64,000 nucleotides of DNA from contig OZ219787.1 of NCBI GenBank assembly GCA_964291285.2, positions 96,001 to 160,000 of the forward strand, written 5' to 3'. A program made the position numbers and the translations under genes. A model generated the notes under the pieces. The model saw only the letters and a list, made by a program, of their open reading frames with translations, was not told where the DNA came from and did not search any database. The stretch comes from Alphaproteobacteria bacterium. Lineage in GTDB: Bacteria; Pseudomonadota; Alphaproteobacteria; Bin95. This document shows, in pieces, positions 43,712 through 54,050 of this stretch; the stretch's first letter is position 1, and every line of letters starts with the position of its first letter.

Positions 43712-44629
43712 ATGACCTTCGATATAAAGACCGCTGGACAGTCCGCAACCGCAACCGTCTGCGAACACGCCGCCCTCTACGGCGCCACCCCCGAGCGCGA
43801 CGAGCTCGACCCCCGCGAGGTCTGGGACGAGGACGATGCGCTGACCGCAATCGGCGAGGCCTTCCGCATCCTCGCCGAAGGCGCCTGCCCCGACGGCACC
43901 CAGCTCGCCGACGAACGCGAGAGCCTGCTGTGGGGCTTCGTCAACATGCTCCACGCCCAGAGCCGCCGCCTCGACCGCAGCGTCGACCGGCTCAGCCCGG
44001 ACCTGCGCGACTTCCAGCGCGAGCAGGACGGCACCGAGATCAAGTCCCGCGACCTGGAGCTCGTCACCGACCGCGCGCAGAACCTCGGAGACCGGCGCGA
44101 CGCCTTCGAGAAGATGCGCAACACCGCCGCGCACGCCTACCGCGAAGAGACCGGCGACATGTGGCGGCCCCGGCACGGCAGCCACGCCAGCCAGACCGGC
44201 ACGCTCACCAGCGCCGCCATCGACGCCCGCGACTTCGCCCGTGCCCGCAAGGACCGCGCGACCATGGCGCACCTGCCGCAGGGCACCCTCGTCGCCATCG
44301 CCGGCGGAAAGGACATCGCCGACCCGGCCGCGGTGATCGCCAGGCTCGACCAGGCCCGCGCCAGGTATGCCGACCTCGTCCTCGTCCACGGCGGCGGTCC
44401 CGGCGTCGAGAAGATCGCGGCGCGCTGGGCCGAGCGCAACGGCGTCCACCAGGTCGTCTGCAAGCCCGACTGGGACCGCCACGGTCGCGCCGCACCCTTC
44501 CGCCGCAACGACGAACTGCTCAACCTCCTGCCCAGGGGCGTCATCGCCTTCCCCGGCTCCGGCATCACCGAAAACCTCGTCGACAAGGCGAAGCAGCTCG
44601 GCATCCCGGTGATGAAGGTCGCAGCCTGA
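43712..44629 (+). CDS. DUF2493 (YspA/SLOG-like) protein, copy 2
   Basis: Same motifs; N-terminal two-thirds diverged from copy 1. Confidence 0.85.
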   Translation: MTFDIKTAGQSATATVCEHAALYGATPERDELDPREVWDEDDALTAIGEAFRILAEGACPDGTQLADERESLLWGFVNMLHAQSRRLDRSVDRLSPDLRDFQREQDGTEIKSRDLELVTDRAQNLGDRRDAFEKMRNTAAHAYREETGDMWRPRHGSHASQTGTLTSAAIDARDFARARKDRATMAHLPQGTLVAIAGGKDIADPAAVIARLDQARARYADLVLVHGGGPGVEKIAARWAERNGVHQVVCKPDWDRHGRAAPFRRNDELLNLLPRGVIAFPGSGITENLVDKAKQLGIPVMKVAA

Positions 44630-45267
44630 CCGCAACGCATCGCGGGCCGTGTCGTCGCTCCGGCGGCGGCACGGTCCGTTTCCTCTTTCGCACATTGATG
44701 ACGCGGCAACGCCAACCTCGCGCGCTTCGCGCCGCACTCGTGCTCCGGCTTCACCGATCGCGCTTGCGTTCCGCGTCCGCGTCACGCGCCGCTGCACCAT
44801 GCTTCGCCCGGGTGCATCGCCGTCCGCGCCGATCCCGGCGCACCGCCCGCCGCACTTCCGCCGGCGTGACTGTCGACGGCACTGCCGGCGTTGCCGCCCG
44901 TCCGCTCGGCACGGTGCTTCGCACCAGTGCCCGCGCTCGCGCCGGCGAGGCCGTCCGCTCACACGCCGCGGCGGCTCCCCTCCGCCGGGTTCCCCGGCGT
45001 CGATTTCCCCATCGTGAATGCTGCACCGTTCGGCTCTGTCTCTACGGCGGAGCCGCAGATTCAATACACCCGACGCATCCTTGATGCAGGGAGCGAGGCC
45101 CGGCCGGCCTGCATCGGTCGGCAATTTTCCGTTGCGTGACAGACGGTTGGGCCTGGCCCGGCCTCTGACCGCGGTTTCGCGCGCGGGTCGCGTTGTCCGT
45201 TCAGGAGCGCCGTTCCGTTCCCCCGGGACGGACGGCGCCCGAGGGAACAGACAACGGAGACACGCCC

Positions 45268-46404
45268 ATGCGCATCCATGCCCCCGTCAACGAGCGGACG
45301 GTCCGCCGCACCTTCAGGGAGAAGAAACCCGGACGATACGGCCTGACCGTCATCGACAGGGACCTGCCCGCCTTCGGCTTCACCGTCGCCGGGAACGGAA
45401 CGAAGACCTTCTTCGTCCGGACCTCACGCCAGTTCGGCGCGCCCAGGGCGATCCTCGGCACGACCGACGACATGACCGCCGCCGAGGCGAGGGAGAAGGC
45501 CATTGCCGCCATCGCCGAAGCCAAAGCCGACCGCGAGACCGGGCCGCTGTTCGCCGACTTCGCGGCCGACTTCATGCGCCGCCAGGGGCGGCGCTGGAAA
45601 CCCTCCACGAGGAAGGCCAACGCCCATCTGATCGAGCGCCGCCTCGTGCCCTTCTTCAGCGCGATGCCCGTCGCGAAGATCGACCGCGCCGATGTGCGGC
45701 GCTGGTTCGATTCCCTCAGCGGAACCCCCGGCAGCGCCAACCGGACCCTGCCGGTGCTCTCGGTGATGATGCGCCAGGCGGAGCTATGGGACCTTCGCCC
45801 GCAGGGCTCCAACCCCTGTCGCAACATGCGGCGCTACAGGACGGCGCCGCGCGAGCGGTTCCTGTCCCTGGACGAGTTGAAGCGCCTCGGCTTCGTCCTC
45901 GACCATGCCGAGGACCGGCAGGCCGCCGCCGCCATCCGCCTGCTGCTGTTCACCGGCGCCCGGTCGTCCGAGATCGCCGGCCTGCAATGGGACTGGATAC
46001 GGGACACCCGCGCGGTGTTGCCGGACTCCAAGACCGGACCGAAGGCGCTCCAGCTTCCCCCGCCCGCGCGGGCCGTCCTGAATGGCCTGCCGCGCGAGGG
46101 ACGCTTCGTCTTCCCGAACGGGAAGGGCGACGGCCCGATGACCGACCTCGGCCTGCGCTGGCAGAAGCTGCGCGGTCTCGCCGGGCTGGACGATGTGCGC
46201 ATCCACGACTGCCGGCATACCTTCGCCTCCCATGCCGTGATGAGCGGCCTCGACCTCTACACCGTCGGCCGCCTGCTCGGCCATGCCGATACCGCCTCCA
46301 CCGAACGCTACGCCCATCTCGCCGACGAGCATGTCCGCGAGGCGGCCGGGCGCATCTCCGGCATCGTCCACGAGGCCATGACCGGGAAGGAAAGCGGGCG
46401 ATGA
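45268..46404 (+). CDS. Tyrosine recombinase C
   Basis: TGARSSE, DSKTG, HDCRH, LGH, TERY; GGAG RBS. Confidence 0.92.
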   Translation: MRIHAPVNERTVRRTFREKKPGRYGLTVIDRDLPAFGFTVAGNGTKTFFVRTSRQFGAPRAILGTTDDMTAAEAREKAIAAIAEAKADRETGPLFADFAADFMRRQGRRWKPSTRKANAHLIERRLVPFFSAMPVAKIDRADVRRWFDSLSGTPGSANRTLPVLSVMMRQAELWDLRPQGSNPCRNMRRYRTAPRERFLSLDELKRLGFVLDHAEDRQAAAAIRLLLFTGARSSEIAGLQWDWIRDTRAVLPDSKTGPKALQLPPPARAVLNGLPREGRFVFPNGKGDGPMTDLGLRWQKLRGLAGLDDVRIHDCRHTFASHAVMSGLDLYTVGRLLGHADTASTERYAHLADEHVREAAGRISGIVHEAMTGKESGR

Positions 46405-47494
46405 GCGGCCGCAGGCATCGTGTCCGGCTCACCGTGAAGGCCGTCGCCGCCGCGAAGCCGGCGGAACGGGAATACACCCTGTGGGACAATCTGCTGGCGC
46501 ATTTCGGGGTCAGGGTGCAGCCCTCCGGCGTCCGGTCCTGGATCGTCCAGACCCGCGTCCGGGGACGCATGCGCAAGATCACCCTCGGGCGCTTCCCCGA
46601 ACTGCCTCTCGACGCGGCGCGCCGGGAAGGCGCGGCCGTGCTCGCCCGCCTGTGGGGCGGCGAGGACGTGACGCCGCCGCGCAAGGGGAAGGCGCCGCTG
46701 TTCCGGGACTTCGCCGCCCGTTACCGCTCGCGGCGGAAACACCGCTGGAAGCCGTCCTCGCTCGAGACCTTCGACATCTACCTGAAGAACCGCCTGATGC
46801 CGCATTTCGGCAGGCTCCGGCTCGACGCCATCGACCATGCGCGGGTCTCGGCATGGTTCGACGCCGCCAGCGCGGACAGGCCCGGCGCCGCCAACCGCGC
46901 CTTCGAGATACTCCGCGCCATGCTCGGGACGGCCCGGCAGTGGGGCGACATCGGCGAGCATGTCCCCGACGCCTGCGCCAACATCGTGAAGAACCCCCGC
47001 AAGCCTGTCGCGCGCTATCTCAGCCGCGAAGAGCTGGAGCGTCTCGGCGCGGTGCTCGACCGCCACCGGGAACAGCATCCCTGGCCGGTGGCGGCCATCC
47101 GGCTGTTGACGCTCACCGGGGCGCGGCTCTCCGAAGTCATCAACCTCAGGTGGGACGAAATCGGAGAGCTGGGCGGAGACGGCGCGAGCGCGCGCATCGA
47201 AGACTCCAAGACCGGGCCGCAGACCGGGCCGCGCACCATCTGGCTGGGGCCGGAAGCGGCAAGGCTGATCGCGGAACTGCCGCGACCGGATGGCCGGGAG
47301 CGAGTGTTTCCCGACAACCTCACGACGGCAAGGCTCTATACTTTCTGGGTCGGCATACGCGACGAGGCGGGGCTTCCGGGTCTTCGCATCCACGACTGCC
47401 GCCACACCTGGGCCTCGCAGGGCGTCATGAACGGCGTCGGGCTCACCACCGTCGGGCGGCTGCTCGGACACCGCAAGCGGGAGAATACTGCCGC
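46401..47494 (+). pseudogene. Tyrosine recombinase D, 3' truncated before the catalytic Tyr
   Basis: ATGA overlap; TGARLSE, DSKTG, HDCRH, LGHRKRENTA then runs into the antisense of the RHH gene. Confidence 0.85.
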
Positions 47495-47944
47495 TCAGCC
47501 CAACAGCGGCGTCCCGTTCTCCATCCATTTGCGGAACTGCCGTTCGATCTCCGGGGCGTGGTCGGCGCCGAACGTCTCCGCCAGCAGCGGCCCGAGTTCG
47601 TCCTCCCGGCCCTGCCGGACCATGTCGCGCAGCACCGTCATGAGCAGCAGCTCCACCGATTGCCGGAGCCGTTCGATGGAACTCCCGCCCGGGCCCGCCG
47701 CCGCCAGGGTGCTGTCCGCCATGCGCGCGACCCGGTCGAACAGAAGCCGCTGCTCCGCCCCGGACAGGACGAGCGAAGGACCGGACAACGCCTCCGGGTC
47801 GAGCTCGACGCTCAGCCCGGCGGAAATCATGTGCCCGTTGATCGAAATGCCCCGCCGGTCCGCGATCTCCCGGCTTCGCTCCCAGTCCAGGTCGGAGCAC
47901 GAGATGGTCAGCCGCACCCGCGCGCCGGAACCGCGCGCCGTCAT
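47495..47944 (-). CDS. RHH-like protein 3 of trio
   Basis: VRLTISCSDLDWERSREIADRRGISI; homolog at 25482. Confidence 0.7.
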   Translation of the reverse strand: MTARGSGARVRLTISCSDLDWERSREIADRRGISINGHMISAGLSVELDPEALSGPSLVLSGAEQRLLFDRVARMADSTLAAAGPGGSSIERLRQSVELLLMTVLRDMVRQGREDELGPLLAETFGADHAPEIERQFRKWMENGTPLLG

Positions 47945-48270
47945 CGATCCGCCCATCCCGAAGGGCGCTCCCGAAGCGCGCGCTGGATGAACGCGATCGC
48001 GCCGAACAGCGACAGGTCCGTGCCGGGAAGCGCCTCGTGCAAGGCACGATGGACGGCGTCCATCCGCGCCACCCGCTCATGCAATGTCCGCTGTTCCTCC
48101 TCCGAGAGCACGAGCCGGGGCTCCTCGCGGGGCGCCCCGCCCGCATCCTCGTGCAGCGCGCAGGCTACCAGGAAGCGCGAGACCGGCATGCCCGCCGCCT
48201 CGGCCTTCTCCCTGATCGCCGCCTTTTCGACCACCGTGCAGCGCAGGGTGCGGCGAACCAGCCTTGCCAT
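47941..48270 (-). CDS. RHH-like protein 2 of trio (MobC-like N-terminus)
   Basis: TLRCTVVEKAAIREKAEAAGMPVSRFL. Confidence 0.75.
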   Translation of the reverse strand: MARLVRRTLRCTVVEKAAIREKAEAAGMPVSRFLVACALHEDAGGAPREEPRLVLSEEEQRTLHERVARMDAVHRALHEALPGTDLSLFGAIAFIQRALRERPSGWADR

Positions 48271-48277
48271 GACCGCC

Positions 48278-48661
48278 TCAGGGCTGCGGCGCGGGGCCGC
48301 CCTCCGGATCGGCGCTGACCGAGACCGCCTGCCAGCGCGCCGCCGCGCCGGGATCGGTCAGGCGGTCCAGGTCGCCCTCACGGGAGAGCCAGGCATCCAC
48401 GGCATCGCCGAGAGCGGCCCAGCGGTCCCCCAGGTCGAGATCCACCATGCGCTCCTGCTCCACCTTCGCCAGCACCAGCAGTTCGCGCACAGCGCGCCGC
48501 ATGACGACGGCCGGCACGGCCTCCGCCATGATGGCCCGGTGAACGATGTAGCGCGAGATTTCCATGCCCGCCTCGTCGGCAAGCTCCCTGATGCGCGCCC
48601 ACTCGTTCGCCGTCGCCATCACCGCATGCTGCGTGCGGCGCCCCCCCGGAGCCCGGCTCAT
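48278..48661 (-). CDS. RHH-like protein 1 of trio
   Basis: AVMATANEWARIRELADEAGMEISRYIVHRA. Confidence 0.75.
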   Translation of the reverse strand: MSRAPGGRRTQHAVMATANEWARIRELADEAGMEISRYIVHRAIMAEAVPAVVMRRAVRELLVLAKVEQERMVDLDLGDRWAALGDAVDAWLSREGDLDRLTDPGAAARWQAVSVSADPEGGPAPQP

Positions 48662-49042
48662 GACGACGCCCCCGGACCTGCCGCAACCATCAGAATTCCG
48701 TGCTTTACCGGCAAGCTTGCCTTCGTTTCTCCTATATCAATTATCATATTTATCCTCTCACAGGTTGATTAGGTGCATCACCACGATGGTCGTGGCTTTT
48801 TTCGTGCCAGAACTGCATTCATGCATAAGGCTACCCTCAATGCCCCCCGGAAACAATGCGTTGTCACTGTTTTACTTCCCCCAGTGCCACTACCGCGTTC
48901 AGGATCTTCCCGTAGGTCAGTCGGATTTCGTGCCAATGCCTCTTGCCATGCCCGGAAATATCCTGTATTGAAGCCCCCTTCATGGGAGGAAGGCGACCCC
49001 TGTCAGATAGTGCCCTAACTCGAAAAATCACGTTCGAGATTT

Positions 49043-49368
49043 ACACCACGGCCGCCGGTGCCATGCTGGCGACCCTGCCGCCCGACAGTTTCCTCATCGC
49101 CGACAAGGCCTGTGACGCCAAATGGATCCGTGACCTGATCGAGCAACACGATGCCGTCCCGATCATCCCCGACCGCGAAGGCGCGAAGACCAGGCACGCT
49201 TTCTCCAAACCCTTGTATAAATTGCGAAACCGGATCGAACGCGCCTTCAACAAACTCAAGCAGTTCCGCCGCATCGCCACCCGATACGAAAAGCTCGCCG
49301 CCAACTTCCTCGCCATGATCAAGATCGCTACTGTCAGGCTCTGGCTACGCGCTTATGAGTCCACGGCC
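49043..49368 (+). mobile_element. IS5 family (IS427 group), right half of the element starting at 26923
   Basis: TTAAGAML..ADKACD..RNRIERAFNKLKQFRRIATRYEK; IR TTATGAGTCCACGGCC then TA. Confidence 0.92.
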
Positions 49369-49370
49369 TA

Positions 49371-49886
49371 GAATGCGGATACGATGCCTATGAAGCATTC
49401 GGGAGAATTTTGGGCCAGACCGAACCTGAGGACCTTATAATGATTGATCCGTTCGCGGATTTCCTTAAACCCGACAAATCAGGAAACAACAAGGCGAAGA
49501 AGATTATTCCGAGAGTAGCAGAAATGACGAAAACTTCTACTGTTTTGCTATTTGTACTCAATTTGAACCCTTTCAATCATGTCGGACGAGAATTCGACCA
49601 AATTCTGGAAGAGCATCTTCCCGATGCGTGGATTATGACATGTCCGCCAATTCACGGTAGTAGAATAGCAGGTGAAAGCAAGTATTATGCTGATGTCGTG
49701 TTGGCGTCGCCATTCTTGAAGAAATCTTGCCACAAGGCATTGGAGCTGAAGGCCTGCCTCGAAGGCTTTTCAGGGAAATTAGCCGGCGCGCTATCATTTT
49801 CTGAACGTGGTGCGCGGATGCTAAAGCCGGAGGTCGTAAATGCTAAAGCCGGAGGTCGTAAAGGGAACAATCCAGGAGCGGACTGA
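49371..49886 (+). pseudogene. RlmJ-like methyltransferase, 3' half
   Basis: YDAYE and LIMIDPF align with RlmJ DG..LILIDPPY; 22-bp tandem duplication at 49818-49861. Confidence 0.75.
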
Positions 49887-49890
49887 AACC

Positions 49891-50193
49891 ATGCTGGTCG
49901 GAAAGGATAGATCAAGGGAAGAAACCTTAGAGCGAATCCTCGATTATCTTAACAAGAAGAAGATCCGGGCGACATACGGATCCGTAGCGCCTTTGTTGAA
50001 TACACATCCTCTTTCGGTAGGGAAATATCTTGGGAAGAGGAGACCACGTGCGTCTTGGGTTGTGAATAAGAATACCGGCAAGCCAACGGGTTATTCGGAG
50101 GCGGAAATGCATGAAAGCCTATTCGATAACCGGAAGGTCATATCCAGTACCGATGAATTGTGTGAGGCGATGAGGAAACATGAAGGAAGATAA
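49891..50193 (+). CDS. Small basic protein resembling the MGMT/ATL DNA-binding domain
   Basis: RATYGSVA..L...P.SVG..L...ASWVVNK.G; no PCHR cysteine. Confidence 0.55.
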   Translation: MLVGKDRSREETLERILDYLNKKKIRATYGSVAPLLNTHPLSVGKYLGKRRPRASWVVNKNTGKPTGYSEAEMHESLFDNRKVISSTDELCEAMRKHEGR

Positions 50194-50428
50194 AGGATTT
50201 TGGAAGGAGTATTTTGTTGTAGCAGCAGGGGGTATTGGATTCGCTGGCGCCTTGTTTATCCATCTGTTGTCGCTGGGCGCTTCACCGGATGAGATTGTTG
50301 CAGTTATTGTCGTTGCCGGTGTTGTGGCGTTACTGCTTGCGGTCTTCGGCGGCCGGGGGATGCTGGTCGCAGTCGTCGGCGCGTTGGTGTTTTTCCGCTG
50401 GCTGAACCGGCGGAGTCGGGGCGACTGA
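50180..50428 (+). CDS. Small membrane protein
   Basis: Two to three hydrophobic segments. Confidence 0.55.
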   Translation: MKEDKGFWKEYFVVAAGGIGFAGALFIHLLSLGASPDEIVAVIVVAGVVALLLAVFGGRGMLVAVVGALVFFRWLNRRSRGD

Positions 50429-50461
50429 CGGCGGGCGCGCCGCTCAGCCTTTTTCCGGCTC

Positions 50462-50950
50462 TCAGCTCGACTTTGTGCATTACGCTGCGAAGCAGAGGGC
50501 GTACTGCATACGCATTATCTTGTTGGGCGGAATTATGTTTGGTTCCCGGTTTGGCGGGGAGCGCGATAAATTGTTTCCAAGCCAGAGTTGGCATCGTATG
50601 GCCGCGATTGCATCGGAGAATGTGACGCTGGTTTTCTGGTACCAGGCGGCGGCGTAGGACAGGTGGTTTGTCGAGAGCACGTCTGTGGCCCAGAGGCAGA
50701 CGAGGCTGTAGAGCCCGCAGAGGACGGGGGTGGTTCGTGCGATCGCCGCGTGTGACCACTGGCGTTGTGTTTCGAGCCCGAGATGGGCGCGCAGTTCCTG
50801 GAAGGTGACCTCGACCTGCCAGCGCCGCACGAAGGTGGCGATGATCCCGGCCGGCTCCATGTTGGTGTCGGTGCAGAAGAACGCCTGCGGGTCCCGCTCG
50901 CCTTCCGGGTCTCGCACCAGCACCCATCGGATGGCCTTGGCCCAACTTCA
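50462..50950 (-). mobile_element. IS701-like transposase 3' fragment
   Basis: WVLVRDPEG..AFFCTD..RRWQVEVTFQE..HLGLETQRQWS. Confidence 0.8.
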
Positions 50951-50971
50951 ACAGTGACGATTAAAAGTATT

Positions 50972-51998
50972 CCTGCTTATTCCCAAGGATCATCCTGCGA
51001 TGAGTAGTTGATATGGGATGGGTTGTGTTCTGACGGCGCTGTGAAGGAAGCGTGGGATCATGGAGTTGAGTTGGTATCGTCGGTTGTATCGCCATGCGAA
51101 GCTGGCGAGGTAGCGTTCGGCATGATCGGGACCGAGCTTTCGGTAGGTTCCGGCGATGGCGCTCTTGATGTTGCCGAGGGTCGTGTTGACCCATTTGAAG
51201 GGGGCCATGCGGGCGGCCCGGCTGCCTGAGCCAGTGCGGATGGCGCTGTGGCTTGCGGCGATGCCGTCGAGGGCGTTCCAGCAGTGCAGGGCATCGGTGA
51301 CGACCTCCGTCCCCGGGGCCAGCCAGCGTTTGGCGCCGCGCGCGATCTCGCGCTTGCGGAAGCCCCTGACCGGGGCGAGCTTGACCTTGCGCGGAGCCCC
51401 TTCGGCGCTGGTCGAGACCGCCGCCACGAAGGGCGTCTTGCCCGGTGCGCCCCGGCCGCGCTTGCCGCCGGAGCGCGACCCGCCGAGCCAGGCGTCGTCC
51501 ATCTCGACCCGTCCGTCGAGCCGCGTGTCGGCTTCGCGCCGGGCCATCACCGCCATGATCTTCTGCTTCATCGTCCAGGCGGTCGGCTGCCTGACCCCGA
51601 GGCGGCGACCGGGTTCCACCGACGAAATGCCGTTCTTCGCCGTCACCACAAGGTGGATCGCCGCAAACCACACCGTCAGGGGCAGCTTGGTCGAGTGAAA
51701 AATCGTCCCCGACGTCACCGAAACCTGTTTCTTGCAGCGGTTGCACTGGTAAAGCCCCCGCCGGGCAAGAATGCTGTACCCCCGATGCCCGCAGGAGACG
51801 CACTCGAAGCCCTCCGGCCAGCGCAATCTCGCCAGCGCCGCACGGCACTGGTCCTCCGTGCCAAACGACGCTCGGAACGCATCGTCGCTCAAGCCACGAA
51901 CACGCGATGCAACCTTGAATGCCATATCCATGACCTCCCGATAACAGAAACCCTTCCAAACTTACAATCTCATAAGATGACTCTCAAGAATAAGCAGG
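50972..51998 (-). mobile_element. IS1595-family element (CDS 50990-51931)
   Basis: IR CCTGCTTATTC; zinc ribbon, TIFHSTKLPL, VEMDD, VVTD. Confidence 0.92.
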
Positions 51999-52953
51999 AA
52001 ACTGGGTGTTGCGCTACAATGCGGAGGAGTTCGAGGGGCTTGCGGATCGTCCTCGCGGGGGCAGCGATGGTCGGTTGACGGAGGCTCGGATTGCCGAGAT
52101 CGGGTTGTGGGTCGAGGCGGGTCCCGATCTTGAGCGGGACGGTGTCACGCGCTGGCGGGTTCAGGACATCATACGGAAAATCGAGGAGGCCTTCGGGGTC
52201 ATTTATACGGAGAGCGGCGCCCGTATGATGCTCCGAAGGGCCGGGTTTCGTTTTGTCTCGGGACGGCCGGTCCACCCCAGGGCCGACGCGGAGCGGCAGG
52301 GGGCGTTCGTGGCGGACTTCGAGGCAAGGGTGACGTCGATGCTCAGTTCCGAGGCGCTGGCGGGCCCGATCGAAATCTGGTTCCAGGACGAGGCGCGCAT
52401 CGGCCAGAAAGGGATGACGACGCGCGTCTGGGCGCGCGGGAGGCAACGTCCGCGCATCGTGCGCGACCATCGCTATGGCTATGTCTATCTGTTCGGCGCC
52501 ACCTGCGCACAGCGCGGCGTCGGCATCGCCCATGTGGCGGACAGGGCGAACACGGCGGCGATGAACGAGCATCTGGCGGCGATCGGCGCGGCCGTGGCGC
52601 CGGGTGCGCACGGCGTGGTCATACTGGACGGGGCAGGCTGGCATCGCTCGGGCGACCTTCTCGTCCCCCCAATCTGACGCTCCTGCATCTGCCGCCATAC
52701 AGTCCGGAACTCAATCCCATGGAGCAGATCATACCGGTCCTGAAATCGAACCGCTTCGCCAACCGTGTGTTCAAGGATGTCGCCGCCCTGAGAGAAGCCT
52801 GCCGGACGGCATGGCAATGGCTCATCGAGCAACCCGACATCATCACCAAAACAACCCGGCGAAGCTGGGCCGTCGCACCATCGTGACGATCCCCACGACC
52901 CAATGCATCGGTCTATATGACTTGCGGTTGGTATATATGACTTGCGGTTGGTA
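51999..52953 (+). mobile_element. IS630-family element, 5' truncated and frameshifted, right end duplicated
   Basis: WFQDEARIG, LDGAGWH, shift near 52670, LPPYSPELNPME; 20-bp tandem repeat at 52914-52953. Confidence 0.85.
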
Positions 52954-53954
52954 TGAGATTGTAGGTTTGGAAGGGTTTCTGTTATCGGGAGGTCATGGAT
53001 ATGGCATTCAAGGTTGCATCGCGTGTTCGTGGCTTGAGCGACGATGCGTTCCGAGCGTCGTTCGGCACGGAGGATCAGTGCCGGGCGGTGCTAGCCCGAT
53101 TGCGCTGGCCGAACGGTTTCGAGTGCGGCTCCTGCGGGCATCGGGGGCACTGCATTCTTGCCGGGCGCAGGCTTTACCAGTGCAACCGCTGCAAGAAGCA
53201 GGTTTCGGTGACGTCGGGGACGATCTTCCACTCGACCAAGCTGCCCCTAACGTTGTGGTTTGCGGCGATCCACCTTGTGGTGACGGCGAAGAACGGCATT
53301 TCGTCGGTGGAACTCGGTCGCCGCCTCGGGGTCAGGCAGCCGACCGCCTGGAGCATGAAGCAGAAGATCATGGCGGTGATGGCCCGGCGCGAAGCCGACA
53401 CTCGGCTCGAAGGACGGGTCGAGATGGACGACGCCTGGCTCGGCGGGTCGCGCTCCGGCGGCAAGCGCGGCCGGGGCGCGCCGGGCAAGACGCCCTTCGT
53501 GGCGGCGGTCTCGACCAGCGCCGAAGGGGCTCCGCGCAAGGTCAAGCTCGCCCCGGTCAAGGGCTTCCGCAAGCGCGAGATCGCGCGCGGCGCCAAACGC
53601 TGGCTGGCCTCGGGGACGGAGGTCGTCACCGATGCCCTGCACTGCTGGAACGCCCTCGACGGCATCGCCGCAAGCCACCGGGCCATCCGCACCGGCTCAG
53701 GCCGCCGAGCCGCCCGCATGGCCCCCTTCAAATGGGTCAACACGACCCTCGGCAACATCAAGAGCGCCATCGCCGGAACCTACCGAAAGCTCGGTCCCGA
53801 CCATGCCGAACGCTACCTCGCCAGCTTCGCATGGCGATACAACCGACGATACCAACTCAACTCCATGATCCCACGCTTCATTCACAGCGCCGTCAGAACA
53901 CAACCCATCCCATATCAACTACTCATCGCAGGATGATCCTTGGGAATAAGCAGG
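52954..53954 (+). mobile_element. IS1595-family element, copy 2, left IR lost (CDS 52995-53936)
   Basis: Inverted near-identical copy of 50972-51998; ends GAATAAGCAGG. Confidence 0.92.
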
Positions 53955-54050
53955 TAAGGCTATTGCCGCGAGAAGCGCGAGAACGGATGTTGGGGAAGCT
54001 GCGTTTTCTGGATGATCAGTCACGGTAGCTGTTTCCTGCCGTGGGTGATG

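Larger units (their letters stand above)
39146..45080 (+). repeat. Leading-region module, copy 2 (no nic site; ssb disrupted)
   Basis: Collinear with 16647-21460 apart from the IS630. Confidence 0.92.
27447..49042. mobile_element. 21.6-kb integrative element with tandem tyrosine recombinase pairs, inserted in the IS5
   Basis: 13-bp direct repeat ACACCACGGCCGC at 27434-27446 and 49043-49055; subterminal inverted 11-mer ACTATCTGACA (27461-27471) / TGTCAGATAGT (49001-49011); removal restores IS5 orfB. Confidence 0.85.

Noticed and set aside
45018-47990. 990-aa ORF suggesting a giant integrase
   Set aside because: It is integrase D plus off-frame upstream sequence and antisense read-through after the truncation.
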